Source of the DNA: an uncultured bacterium
GTDB lineage: Bacteria; Patescibacteriota; Minisyncoccia; Phycocordibacterales; Phycocordibacteraceae
NCBI GenBank assembly: GCA_903994795.1
Contig: CAJEYI010000001.1
Span: forward strand, 1-62,962
DNA length: 62,962 bases
Direction of reading: 5' to 3'
A program made the position numbers and the translations under genes. Shown here piece by piece: positions 1 through 10,183 of this stretch. Each line of letters begins with the position of its first letter. Within the stretch, counting starts at the first letter, position 1. The notes beneath the pieces are model-generated. The model did not search any database and was not told the origin of the DNA. It worked only from the letters and a program-made list of their open reading frames with translations.

Positions 1-136
1 AGAGGGTGGTGCAATTAGCCTGCGAACTTCGGTGCAATTAGGGTGAGAATTCACCTACCTTTGTTTGACTTATATTAAAATTAATGTACCATATTTTTGT
101 GGCAATTCGCCATCTTAGAAATGAGAAAGGCAAACG

Positions 137-760
137 ATGAACGTTGGTAAGGGTGAAATGACAGATCAGCAAGCACTTAAAAGGGTGCGTCGCATGGTTA
201 GTCGAGGAGAAATATATGCTCCGGCCATGCTGGGAATTCTTCGGAGGCTTCATGCTCCTGAAATATACGAGATGGCAGAGCTCCTAGTTTCGGACCAGAA
301 AGACCATCCAGAACGTTACACAAAGCTACCCCGCCCAAAACTTATACACATTGCAGTTCAGGTTTTAGAAGAAAGAGAGATACAATCCCAAATTCCACAA
401 CAGGTGTTAGTGGTAGCAGTATCAGGAGGAATTCCTTTTTCTTCTGCAAAACTTCTCACGAGACCACAACTAACCATCTACAATGATGGGAATCGAGTAT
501 ACGTGGGTAGGCAAAAACCGGAATTGAGGGATCCTTTCCTTTTTTCCCATCTATCCTATGAGCGTTTTTGCGGTGATGGGGAATATTTTAGAAATATCCG
601 TATTCAGCATCTTGGCCACAGCCATGGACTCCTCGGAGGAATAGCTCATATAAGAATTACGAGTTGTACAACTCGTTGGGATATCCATTGTGAAGCAGAG
701 AGATATTACTATCTGTACCAATCTGGAAGCTACCAACAATTGTATACTCACGATCTTTAG
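137..760 (+). CDS. hypothetical protein (207 aa)
   Basis: Longest ORF in the region, followed by a hairpin terminator at 839-872. No recognisable motif. Confidence 0.4.
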   Translation: MNVGKGEMTDQQALKRVRRMVSRGEIYAPAMLGILRRLHAPEIYEMAELLVSDQKDHPERYTKLPRPKLIHIAVQVLEEREIQSQIPQQVLVVAVSGGIPFSSAKLLTRPQLTIYNDGNRVYVGRQKPELRDPFLFSHLSYERFCGDGEYFRNIRIQHLGHSHGLLGGIAHIRITSCTTRWDIHCEAERYYYLYQSGSYQQLYTHDL

Positions 761-838
761 TTAACTTAATTATATAAATTCTTTCTAAAGGAGAAATGAT
801 GCATTGCAGATTTTCTCTTAATCCTCTACGGGATATGA

Positions 839-872
839 AAAAGCTACAGATAGAAATACTACTGTAGCTTTT
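839..872 (+). terminator. intrinsic terminator hairpin
   Basis: 11-bp stem AAAGCTACAG/CTGTAGCTTT with a T-rich 3' arm. Confidence 0.55.
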
Positions 873-955
873 CGCGTATAGACATTCTCGCTTTGTCCAC
901 GTTGAGTTGGTATTTATTTAACTAATTAAATGTATTGCGCGCTATACTTTGTGTA

Positions 956-2707
956 ATGCATGTAGCTGAAACAGATTTAAAAACATTCATACTTGATTCG
1001 GGACTTGTATCTCGAAAGGATGTTGAGAGCGCAGAAACAAAAGCGAAAGAAGGGAAGCAGTCGATGGGAGACGTTCTCGTCTCAGAGGGGCTGCTTTCTT
1101 CGGATGCACTTCGACGTATACAAGCGTATGTCCTCGGCATACCGTTTGTGAATTTAAAGGATAGTAAATTGCCTATAGAAATCCTCTCGCTCATTCCTGA
1201 GCCAATTGCTCGTACGCACAACATCATTGCGTTTAAAAAGACTGAAAACAATCTCGAAGTTGCGATGCTTGATACGGAAGATCTTGCGGCTATAGATTCG
1301 GTTCGAAAAAAGACAGGCTTCACGATTCAGGCACGTCTCACAGACGAGGATTCAATTAAGCATGCACTCATGCAATACCAGAAGTCTCTCAAGGAAGAAT
1401 TCGGAGACCTGATAACAAAGGAGGCTGGAAATATTAAACTCGTAAAAGATACGAACGGGGAAGAGGTCTCAGGTGATGACCTTAAGAAAATGGCGGAGGA
1501 CTTACCTATTGTCCGTATCGTCGACACACTTCTTCGCCATGCAATCATCCAGGGTGCATCAGATGTGCATATTGAGCCTATGGAGGAGCAGGTGCTTGTG
1601 CGGTATCGAATTGATGGAATTCTGCATGACGCGATGACTCTTCCTAAAGAAGCTGCTCCGGGAATCACCGCACGCCTCAAGGTGCTTTCGAATTTGAAGC
1701 TCGACGAAAAACGCCTTCCACAAGACGGTCGCTTCAAAATGGAGACTGAGGTTGATAAGGTATCGTTTCGTGTGTCACTGCTTCCAACGTACTACGGAGA
1801 AAAGGTGGTGATGCGACTTTTGCGAGAAACCGGAGAGGGCTTCACACTTGAAGGTCTTGGTTTTCATGGAAGCTCACTTGAACGAATTCATGAAGCAATG
1901 AAGCAGACAACGGGCATCATTCTTATTTCTGGTCCGACTGGTTCTGGAAAAACAACAACGCTCTATACTGTGTTAGATATTTTGAACACACCAGATGTAA
2001 ACATCTCAACAGTTGAAGATCCTATCGAGTATCAGATGAAGCGCGTAAATCAAACGCAGGTAAATCCGGCGATAGGATTTACCTTTGCGAATGGGTTACG
2101 TGCCCTGCTTCGACAAGATCCAAACATCATCATGGTAGGAGAGATTCGTGATGCGGAGACAGCATCACTCGCAATTAACGCGGCTCTTACGGGACACCTC
2201 GTGCTTTCTACTATTCACACAAACAGTGCTGCTGGCGCGATACCTCGCCTTGTAGATATGGGAATCGAACCGTTCCTACTCGTCTCAACACTCCGTGTGG
2301 TTGTGGGTCAACGACTCACTCGACGGCTCACTGACTCAAAGGAGCAATATGCACTTGATAAATATTCACGAGCAAAACTGTTCCACGAAGAAAGTTACGA
2401 AGCCGTGCTTCGTGAACTCAAAGCAGAAAAACTGGTGAAGCCTGAAACAAAAATGGATGAGCTGCCGTTTTATCATCCGGCAGCAGGCCCTCAAGGAGAA
2501 GATGGGTACCACGGACGAATTGGTATACATGAAGTTCTGTCTGTGTCATCTGCAATTAAGGAGCTGATTTTGCACGGTGGAATTATAGATGATATTGAAA
2601 AGCAGGCACGATCTGAAGGAATGCTCACTATGCTCGAAGACGGAATCTATAAAGCAACTCGCGGAGTGACCTCGCTCGAAGAAGTTCTACGAGCTGTAAA
2701 GGAATAA
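956..2707 (+). CDS. pilB: type II/IV secretion ATPase, PilB/GspE family
   Basis: Walker A GPTGSGKTT, GspE-type N-terminal domain, and GEIRD and HLVLST motifs. ATG 956 lies 7 nt after TATACT (943-948); the ORF track starts at TTG 935. Confidence 0.9.
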   Translation: MHVAETDLKTFILDSGLVSRKDVESAETKAKEGKQSMGDVLVSEGLLSSDALRRIQAYVLGIPFVNLKDSKLPIEILSLIPEPIARTHNIIAFKKTENNLEVAMLDTEDLAAIDSVRKKTGFTIQARLTDEDSIKHALMQYQKSLKEEFGDLITKEAGNIKLVKDTNGEEVSGDDLKKMAEDLPIVRIVDTLLRHAIIQGASDVHIEPMEEQVLVRYRIDGILHDAMTLPKEAAPGITARLKVLSNLKLDEKRLPQDGRFKMETEVDKVSFRVSLLPTYYGEKVVMRLLRETGEGFTLEGLGFHGSSLERIHEAMKQTTGIILISGPTGSGKTTTLYTVLDILNTPDVNISTVEDPIEYQMKRVNQTQVNPAIGFTFANGLRALLRQDPNIIMVGEIRDAETASLAINAALTGHLVLSTIHTNSAAGAIPRLVDMGIEPFLLVSTLRVVVGQRLTRRLTDSKEQYALDKYSRAKLFHEESYEAVLRELKAEKLVKPETKMDELPFYHPAAGPQGEDGYHGRIGIHEVLSVSSAIKELILHGGIIDDIEKQARSEGMLTMLEDGIYKATRGVTSLEEVLRAVKE

Positions 2708-2708
2708 T

Positions 2709-3920
2709 ATGAAGTTTCAAGTCGTACTTAAAAAGGCAGATGAATCAGAGGAGACTCGAACTATGGATGCCGCGTCGCGGTTTGAAATCTACGAATCGGT
2801 TCAAAAAGAAGGGGCTAGTGTTGTCTCGATCACCGAGGGACATAGTTCAGGAATGGCCTGGATGGATATCACAATTGGGAGTGGTGTAAAAACCCTTGAA
2901 CGCATTACCTTTACCAAAAACCTTTCTGCGATGTTAAATGCTGGGCTTAGTCTTTCTCGTGCCTTAAATGTTATCGAGCGACAGTCAGGAAATAAAGTAC
3001 TTAAGAAAATTGTTGCCGACTTACAAGAACGAATCAAATCAGGGATGTCATTTCATGAAGCATTGGCAATACATGCAAATATTTTCCCAAAACTTTTCAT
3101 TGCAATGACCAAGGCGGGGGAAGAAGGGGGGACATTGTCTGAAACACTTAAGACAGTGGCGAAACAAATGGACAGATCAGAGACACTCAACAAGAAAGTG
3201 AAGGGCGCAATGATTTATCCGATGATTATATTGTTTGCCATTTTGGTGATAGGAATCTTAATGTTGATATTTGTCGTGCCTACACTTGCTTCAACGTTTG
3301 GTTCTCTTGGCGCGAAGCTACCACTCTCCACCAGAATTATTCTCGGAGCTTCGAATTTCACAACGCATAATGCAGGAATCGTTCTTGGAGGTCTTGCAGT
3401 ACTCATAGTGGGCGGGGCGCTATTTTTTAGAACGAAAAGAGGTAAGGCACTCGTATTGTTTTCTTCGTTACGCTTGCCAGTTATTGGGGAGCTCGTAAAA
3501 GAAACAATGAGTGCACGAACAGCACGAACGCTTTCATCACTGCTGTCCTCAGGAGTCGAAATGCTAAATGCGCTTTCGATTACTGGAGAAGTTGTGGGAG
3601 ATAATATCTTTGGGAAAGTAATTGCAGAAGCAGAAGCAGGTGTACAAAAAGGTGAGCCGCTTTCAAAGTCATTTATTGAACATCCAAAGCTCTACCCGAT
3701 TTTCTTTAGTGACATGGTCAGCGTTGGAGAAGAGACAGGAAAAGTTTCAGATATGTTGGGTCAGATTGCTGACTACTATGAGACTGACGTTGAAGATCAA
3801 ACAAAAGATCTTTCTACAATAATTGAACCGCTACTCATGCTCTTTATAGGAGCGTTCGTTGGAGTCTTTGCCATCTCGATGATTGCACCTATCTACTCAC
3901 TTTCTTCATCAATTAAGTAG
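2709..3920 (+). CDS. pilC: type IV pilus platform protein, PilC/GspF family
   Basis: Duplicated T2SS-F architecture, polytopic membrane protein, directly follows pilB. Confidence 0.9.
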   Translation: MKFQVVLKKADESEETRTMDAASRFEIYESVQKEGASVVSITEGHSSGMAWMDITIGSGVKTLERITFTKNLSAMLNAGLSLSRALNVIERQSGNKVLKKIVADLQERIKSGMSFHEALAIHANIFPKLFIAMTKAGEEGGTLSETLKTVAKQMDRSETLNKKVKGAMIYPMIILFAILVIGILMLIFVVPTLASTFGSLGAKLPLSTRIILGASNFTTHNAGIVLGGLAVLIVGGALFFRTKRGKALVLFSSLRLPVIGELVKETMSARTARTLSSLLSSGVEMLNALSITGEVVGDNIFGKVIAEAEAGVQKGEPLSKSFIEHPKLYPIFFSDMVSVGEETGKVSDMLGQIADYYETDVEDQTKDLSTIIEPLLMLFIGAFVGVFAISMIAPIYSLSSSIK

Positions 3921-3942
3921 GTGGCGCGGTATTATAGAAGTA

Positions 3943-5664
3943 ATGGTTTCTTTGCAAAGCCCACGAGGCATGACGTTGATAGATGTGGTGATTGGCACCG
4001 CGCTCGTTGTCATTATATTTTCAGGATTGTTTGCGACGTTACTTGCATCGATAAAGTTGTCTACTTATGTAAAACAGGAAGCGGCTGCAGACGCTGTTGC
4101 AAATAACCAAATGGAATTCATACGATCACTTTCATACGATCAAATCGGAACTGTAGGGGGTATTCCGAGTGGTGTTGTTCAGCCAACCAGCACCATTACT
4201 CAAGACGGTACGCAGTACGGTGTCACTACATTTATTGAGTACTATGATGATCCGGCAGATGGAACGAATGCAAATGATACAAATGGCATTACGACTGACT
4301 ACAAGAAGGTAAAGATTACAGTGAATTATCAAACCCAAAATGGATTTAAGCAACAGATACTTGCTTCAATGTTTGCGCCACAAGGGGTTGAGACAACTAC
4401 GGGTGGTGGTACGCTCCAAATACTCACTGTAGATTCGGCTGGGGCACCACTCGCAAATGCAGTTGTGCACATTGTAAATTCAGCAATTTCTCCCGCTGTT
4501 GATCTTACTGCGTACTCAGACCGCTATGGCTCAGTTAATTTGCCAGGTGCAGTCGCGTCTTCACAGTATCAAGTAACGGTCTCTAGATATTCGACTTATT
4601 CATCTGCGCGTACATATGCTCGTGATTCAACAAACCAAAACCCAACCCCTGGCTATCTGACCGTGGCAGCGAATCATACTACTACTGGAACATTTGCGAT
4701 TGATTTATTAGCAAATCTAATTGTGAACACGTTCTCGCCAATGGCCACGAGCACCTTTAGTGATACCTTTTCCGACGCGTCAAAAATTAGCTCAAACTCA
4801 GATACTGTAGTTGGTTCTGGTGCAGTCACTCTTTCAAGAATCTCTGGGAATTATGTCTCGAGCGGCAGTGCGGTCACTACCTCTATATCTCCCGCATATC
4901 TTGCTTCGTGGGGTTCATTAGCAGCAACACTTGCGTTGCCTGCTGGGACAGATGCTTCAATACAAATTCTAGATCAGGCAGGAACACCATTGCCCGAAGG
5001 TGTGCTTTCCGGCAATGGTGCAGGGTTTAGGATATTTCCTGTAGATTTGTCCGGTGTTTCAACAACAACATATCCGTCACTCATGCTTTCAGTAAATATG
5101 TCTTCATCTGATCCTACGGTTACACCATCTCTGACTGCATGGAGTTTGCCGGCGCGTGTGGGCCCAATCCCATTACCAAATGTTGGGTTTACCCTGACAG
5201 GAGCGAAGACTGTGGGGTCAACAGGAACCGGTGCGCCGATTTACAAAACAACCGTAACCACAACTACTTCATCAGCAGGTACAAAAACACTGCCTCTCGA
5301 ATGGGATTCTTATGCACTGTCTGTCCCCGGGTATGATGTGGTGGATGCTTGTGCGGCACCTCCGTATGCACTTACCGCTGGTTCAACAAACAGCGCATCA
5401 CTTATACTCGACACACACACGACTAATTCGTTGCTTGTGACTGTAACTGATTCATCTGGAGTGGTTGTGCCGAATGCAACAGTCACACTCAGTCGATCTG
5501 GGTATTCTGCTACGGTTCAAACCTCTGCGTGTGGTACTGCATACTTTGGAAACATAGGGTCTGCAATAGATTACGGAGTCACAATTTCAAAAACAGGATA
5601 CACTTCAGTTACATCGAATGGAGTATCTGTCCATGGTGAGCAATTTTATGAAGAGTCATTTTAA
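3943..5664 (+). CDS. large pilin-like protein (573 aa) with a prepilin-type N-terminus
   Basis: N-terminus SPRG/MTLIDVVIGTALVVIIFSGLF resembles a class III signal plus hydrophobic helix. Long Ser/Thr-rich extracellular part. Start chosen after the pilC stop. Confidence 0.6.
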   Translation: MVSLQSPRGMTLIDVVIGTALVVIIFSGLFATLLASIKLSTYVKQEAAADAVANNQMEFIRSLSYDQIGTVGGIPSGVVQPTSTITQDGTQYGVTTFIEYYDDPADGTNANDTNGITTDYKKVKITVNYQTQNGFKQQILASMFAPQGVETTTGGGTLQILTVDSAGAPLANAVVHIVNSAISPAVDLTAYSDRYGSVNLPGAVASSQYQVTVSRYSTYSSARTYARDSTNQNPTPGYLTVAANHTTTGTFAIDLLANLIVNTFSPMATSTFSDTFSDASKISSNSDTVVGSGAVTLSRISGNYVSSGSAVTTSISPAYLASWGSLAATLALPAGTDASIQILDQAGTPLPEGVLSGNGAGFRIFPVDLSGVSTTTYPSLMLSVNMSSSDPTVTPSLTAWSLPARVGPIPLPNVGFTLTGAKTVGSTGTGAPIYKTTVTTTTSSAGTKTLPLEWDSYALSVPGYDVVDACAAPPYALTAGSTNSASLILDTHTTNSLLVTVTDSSGVVVPNATVTLSRSGYSATVQTSACGTAYFGNIGSAIDYGVTISKTGYTSVTSNGVSVHGEQFYEESF

Positions 5665-6256
5665 TCTTACTTCTGCGTTTACATTGATCGAAACAATGAC
5701 AGTCATTGCGATAACCACCATTGTGGGCGGAGCGCTTTCAATGATGATTCTGAATTTCTATCGGACGAATAGTTACGTTCTTCAGGAAAGCGCTGCTGTC
5801 CAAAGCGCACGTCAAGGACTTGGTGTGGCACTACAGAATTTACGAGAAGCTTCATATGGGGCAGACGGCTCATATCCAATTCAATCCGCAACTAATTCTT
5901 CAATAACTTTTTTCGCAGATACAAATAGTGACGGGGTGGTCGAACGGGTTCAATACACTCTTACCTCTGGGACTCTTTATAAAACGGTTACTACTCCTAA
6001 TGGGAACCCTCCAACATATAATGGGCAGCCACAAATCACCACGATAATTGCGACGTACCTAATTAATAATGCCGGCACTCCATTATTTGCGTATACAGAT
6101 TCATCTGGGAATCCAATTTCCACAGCAACGACAGTGGACACATCGCAAATCGAAACTGTAACAGCGACATTGAAAGTGGATGTAGATGTAAGTAGGTCCC
6201 CTGCACCGTATACTTTAAATAGCACTATTGCATTACGGAACTTACGCGGACAATAA
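5648..6256 (+). CDS. prepilin-type N-terminal cleavage/methylation domain protein (minor pilin)
   Basis: The SAFTLIETMTVIAITTIV motif (FTLIE) sits at the N-terminus. Confidence 0.7.
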   Translation: MKSHFNLTSAFTLIETMTVIAITTIVGGALSMMILNFYRTNSYVLQESAAVQSARQGLGVALQNLREASYGADGSYPIQSATNSSITFFADTNSDGVVERVQYTLTSGTLYKTVTTPNGNPPTYNGQPQITTIIATYLINNAGTPLFAYTDSSGNPISTATTVDTSQIETVTATLKVDVDVSRSPAPYTLNSTIALRNLRGQ

Positions 6257-6257
6257 T

Positions 6258-7745
6258 ATGTACAAACAACCACCACGAGGATACCTTATACTGCTTGCGC
6301 TTGTCTTTGGTGCAATTTTCGTTACGGTCCTAGGTGCACTAAGTAGTGTATTGATTTCGCAAAATAACCGCCAAAATGAAGTACAGGCCCGAAGCAAAAC
6401 ATTTAGTGCGGCAGAGGCTGGTCTTGAGTATTACAGGTGGCACTTGTCGCATTTTCCGACTGATTTACAAAATGGCACAGGGCATGCGGGCCCATACACT
6501 ATGGCATTTAATGATCCTGTTACTGGATATTCGTATGGATCTTATCAGTTATCTATAGCAGGGAACACGTCTTGTGGACAAACAACCTCAATCGATATTA
6601 CCTCCAAGGGTTCTTATTATAATGAGCCAGCAGGATCTGCAGTGACACTCTTTGCTCGATACGCGCTCCCTACGGTCGCGCTTTATTCATACGTAGTAAA
6701 CAACAGTGTATGGGCTGGTGCAGACAGGACAATTTACGGCCCGTATCACTCAAATGGCGGTATTCGTATGGACGGCACTGCCAATGCTCCTGTCACGAGC
6801 TCTCTTTCATCATGGCTCTGTACTTCCGGATTTGGTTGTAATTCAGATACAACTGAAAATGGTGTCTTTGGTGCTGGACCGAATCAGAACTTGTGGAGCT
6901 ATCCTACGCCGCAAGTAGATTTTTCTGCAATTTCTGCAAATTTCACATCACTTAGAACTGCCGCTCAGTCCTACGGTTTGTATTTGCCGCGGTATAGTTC
7001 TGGAACAGGTGTAAGTAATGCCTCGAGTCGTGGGTACCACTTGATATTCAATAGTAATGGAACTGTTACGGTAAAGACCGTGAGCAGTGAGACAAATGTG
7101 CCCTCGATTCCAATTGATAATCCATCAAATGTAACAACACCTCAAACGGATTACTCATTAATAAATACTGAATCAAATTATTCTTCAGTCCCTGCAAAAG
7201 TCACCAATGGTACATATACAATTCCAGCGAGCTGCGGACTTATCTTTGTTGAAGACAATGTCTGGATAGAAGGTGCCATTCCTTCTAAAATTACAGTTGT
7301 TGCTGCAAATGTAACAACTTCAGGCGTCAATCCAAATATTCTCCTTCCTGGTAATATCACCTACACAAATGCCACAGGTGCATCAGGCCTTACCGCTATA
7401 AGTGCAAACGATATCCTTATTACACCAAACTCACCAGACACAATGACGCTTAACGGTGTGTTTGTGGCACAAAGTGGTGCTTTTGGAAGAAATTACTATG
7501 GTGAAAGTTCTAATGGTCATGTGACTTGTCCCAATTCCTACGAACCGCGGACAACTCTAACTATTCATGGCACAACCGTATCAAATAAACGTACTGGTAC
7601 GAAATGGGTTGGTGGATGTTCGTCAGGAGATGCTGGGTATCAGACGCGTATTGATGCATTTGATCGATTGCTTTCGACAAATCCACCGCCATTTACACCA
7701 ACTGTTTCAAATACGTATCAATTCGTTGATTGGAGGCAGCAATAG
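6258..7745 (+). CDS. PilX-like pilus-associated protein
   Basis: N-terminal hydrophobic helix followed by FSAAEAGLEYYRWHL, which resembles PilX_N. Ser/Thr/Asn-rich remainder. Confidence 0.5.
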   Translation: MYKQPPRGYLILLALVFGAIFVTVLGALSSVLISQNNRQNEVQARSKTFSAAEAGLEYYRWHLSHFPTDLQNGTGHAGPYTMAFNDPVTGYSYGSYQLSIAGNTSCGQTTSIDITSKGSYYNEPAGSAVTLFARYALPTVALYSYVVNNSVWAGADRTIYGPYHSNGGIRMDGTANAPVTSSLSSWLCTSGFGCNSDTTENGVFGAGPNQNLWSYPTPQVDFSAISANFTSLRTAAQSYGLYLPRYSSGTGVSNASSRGYHLIFNSNGTVTVKTVSSETNVPSIPIDNPSNVTTPQTDYSLINTESNYSSVPAKVTNGTYTIPASCGLIFVEDNVWIEGAIPSKITVVAANVTTSGVNPNILLPGNITYTNATGASGLTAISANDILITPNSPDTMTLNGVFVAQSGAFGRNYYGESSNGHVTCPNSYEPRTTLTIHGTTVSNKRTGTKWVGGCSSGDAGYQTRIDAFDRLLSTNPPPFTPTVSNTYQFVDWRQQ

Positions 7746-7784
7746 CTCTTCCGAAAAGTAGCTGGTATCTGGTACACTAGCAAG

Positions 7785-8120
7785 ATGAATCTTGGAAGCG
7801 ATCATCTACAGTTGCGCAAGCGACTATACAAAAATCTTGAGCCGTACCCTCATCCTGAAGTATTTAAAAGGAATTTCGATCACGTAATGTTCGCAATAGG
7901 AACATTTGCTCCAGTCGCGCTCTTGCCACAAATCTTTCGCATTTTTGTATATAAGGATGTCGCAGGGTTATCAATATGGACGTGGATCTTCCTTGGCATG
8001 ATAAATGCCATGTGGGCTTTGTACGGATACCTGCATAAAGAAAAGCCAATTTTAGTGGCAAACTCTGGGATGGCATTCTTCGACTTCCTCATTTTGTTTG
8101 GAATTTTACTTTTCCGATAG
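7785..8120 (+). CDS. SemiSWEET / PQ-loop sugar transporter
   Basis: Three-TM protein. LLPQIFRIFVYKD...WALYGY...PILVANS matches the SemiSWEET PQ-loop pattern. Confidence 0.7.
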   Translation: MNLGSDHLQLRKRLYKNLEPYPHPEVFKRNFDHVMFAIGTFAPVALLPQIFRIFVYKDVAGLSIWTWIFLGMINAMWALYGYLHKEKPILVANSGMAFFDFLILFGILLFR

Positions 8121-8153
8121 TCGTCATTGGCGAGTGCGTGGTAGCATAGAGGT

Positions 8154-8897
8154 ATGCTTATCGTTGGAAATTGGAAGGCGTATGTAGAATCACAGTTAAA
8201 AGCAAAGGCACTCTTTGCTACGGCAAAGCGCTTGTCTGCACAGCATGATACAGAAATCGTACTCGCAGTTCCTACTCCGTACCTTGGTTTACTGTCTCCA
8301 TCTAATCGATCGAAGGTTGCATTTGCTGCGCAAAACATTTCTGCTGGTACCGGAGGAGCGGCAACCGGTGAAGTAACAGCTGCATTACTTAAGGAATTAG
8401 GGGTCACGTACACACTTGTCGGGCACTCCGAGCGCAGAGCGCTCGGAGAAACAGATGAGATGGTATCTGATAAGGTTCGCCACGCACATGCAAATCAGAT
8501 CATCCCTATAGTCTGTGTAGGAGAAAAAGAACGTGATCCTGATGCGCATTACTTACAGCTACTTCGTGCGCAAATTCACGCAGTCTTTGAACCACTTGCA
8601 CAGAAGGAACGTCAACAGACCATTCTTGCGTATGAACCGATTTGGGCAATTGGAAAGACTGCATCTGAAGCGATGTCGCCACGTGACCTTACAGAAATGA
8701 CGCTCTACATACGAAAGGTTCTCGGTGAATATCTTCCTGGACGTAGCGCATTGAAAGTGAAGCTTTTGTATGGTGGATCAGTCGAACCAAGTAATATTCG
8801 TTCACTCGCAGAGGGGACTGGGGTGGATGGTTTTCTACCAGGTCATGCAAGTGCAGATAGTGATATTTTTAGTGCACTTGTTAAAGCTTTAAAATAA
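8154..8897 (+). CDS. tpiA: triosephosphate isomerase
   Basis: Motifs GNWKAY, GHSERR, AYEPIWAIGTG-like (AYEPIWAIGKTA) and LYGGSV. Confidence 0.9.
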   Translation: MLIVGNWKAYVESQLKAKALFATAKRLSAQHDTEIVLAVPTPYLGLLSPSNRSKVAFAAQNISAGTGGAATGEVTAALLKELGVTYTLVGHSERRALGETDEMVSDKVRHAHANQIIPIVCVGEKERDPDAHYLQLLRAQIHAVFEPLAQKERQQTILAYEPIWAIGKTASEAMSPRDLTEMTLYIRKVLGEYLPGRSALKVKLLYGGSVEPSNIRSLAEGTGVDGFLPGHASADSDIFSALVKALK

Positions 8898-8900
8898 ATC

Positions 8901-10043
8901 ATGAGAACAGTACGAGATATTTCAATACTTGATTCAATTCCGGTATTAGTGCGAGCAGCACTCAATGTGCCAGTTGCAAATGGAAGGGTCACAAACACAT
9001 TTCGCCTACGAAAAGCTATCCCTACTATCGAATATCTTCAAAAAAAGCATGCACGCGTGATTTTAATAGGACATCTCGGAGAGCTTGGAACTGAAACACT
9101 GCAGCCAGTCTATGAAGCAATGAAGGAATTCATACCAAAACTTCAGTTTTGTCCTGTGACGACCGGAGAGGTGGCGCGAGACGCAGTACGAAAACTTCCT
9201 GCGGGTGGGGTGCTTATGCTTGAGAATTTGCGGCGAGACAAGGGAGAAGTTGCAAACAACACAATCTTTGCGAAAGCTCTTGCTGAATTTGCTGATGTAT
9301 TTGTCGAAGATTCGTTCGATGTGTGTCATCGTTCGCACGCATCTGTTGTGGGAATACCACTGTTCTTGCCTTCATATGCAGGATTGCTCGTAGAAGAAGA
9401 AGTGCGCGAACTTACAAAGGCACTTACACCATCGCATCCTGCGGTCGCAGTCATTGGTGGTGCAAAATTTTCAACAAAAGAGCCGGTTATAACAAAGCTC
9501 CTTGAATCATACGATCGTGTGTTTGTAGGTGGTGCGCTAGGAAACGATTTCACAAAAGCCATGGGGTATGACGTAGGGGCGTCACTTGTATCGAGTGCTG
9601 ATTCTAAAGTCATCAAGAGTCTACTCGGAAACAGAAAACTCGCCGTGCCACTTGATGCAGTAGTCGGGCATGCTGAAGCAAAAAAGCAGGAAGGGCATGT
9701 AGTCTCGCTCGATAGTATTCAGAAAGACGAAGTAATCCATGACGATGGGCCAAAAACGAGTGCAATGCTTGAGAAGATTGTGAAAGATGCGAAGACCGTG
9801 CTCTGGAATGGGCCGCTTGGAAATTATGAGAATGGTTACACTGATGCTACATTTGCGCTTGCGCGAGTAATAGCAAAAAGTTCAGCTCACTCCATAATTG
9901 GCGGAGGAGACACGGATGCGGCAATTGAGGAGCTCGGCATGCGAGATAAGTTTTCTTTTATCTCTACTGGAGGAGGTGCGATGCTGGATTTCATAGCGAA
10001 AGGAACGCTCCCAGGACTTCAGGCCTTGGAGCTGGGCACATAA
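8901..10043 (+). CDS. pgk: phosphoglycerate kinase
   Basis: Motifs RAALNVP, LENLRRDKGE, GGAKFSTK and STGGGA. Confidence 0.95.
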   Translation: MRTVRDISILDSIPVLVRAALNVPVANGRVTNTFRLRKAIPTIEYLQKKHARVILIGHLGELGTETLQPVYEAMKEFIPKLQFCPVTTGEVARDAVRKLPAGGVLMLENLRRDKGEVANNTIFAKALAEFADVFVEDSFDVCHRSHASVVGIPLFLPSYAGLLVEEEVRELTKALTPSHPAVAVIGGAKFSTKEPVITKLLESYDRVFVGGALGNDFTKAMGYDVGASLVSSADSKVIKSLLGNRKLAVPLDAVVGHAEAKKQEGHVVSLDSIQKDEVIHDDGPKTSAMLEKIVKDAKTVLWNGPLGNYENGYTDATFALARVIAKSSAHSIIGGGDTDAAIEELGMRDKFSFISTGGGAMLDFIAKGTLPGLQALELGT

Positions 10044-10140
10044 ATAGTCTAAGTTGACGAGCAATTCCAGAGGAGTATTATTTCAGTATGTCTGTAGGCG
10101 AAAGCCTTGTTCAGCCTCTAGTATTAAGCTGATAAGCAGA

Positions 10141-10183
10141 CCAAATGAACTGAGCCCTCTTTATGAGGGCTCAGTTCATTTGG
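10141..10183. terminator. bidirectional terminator hairpin
   Basis: 17-19-bp perfect inverted repeat CCAAATGAACTGAGCCC/GGGCTCAGTTCATTTGG between convergent genes. Confidence 0.7.

Noticed and set aside
1327-1737. Long antisense and out-of-frame ORFs inside conserved genes. Examples: 922-1323 and 1327-1737 in pilB, 11457-11915 in recJ, 24146-24577 and 25301-25786 in fusA, 27427-27807 in tuf, 30481-31083 across rplC/rplD, 41431-41880 in rpsE, and 58553-59065 in ftsH.
   Set aside because: They overlap genes with unmistakable conserved motifs on the other strand or frame. Their products are low-complexity and Arg/Ser-rich, and no start signals are present. These are shadow ORFs.
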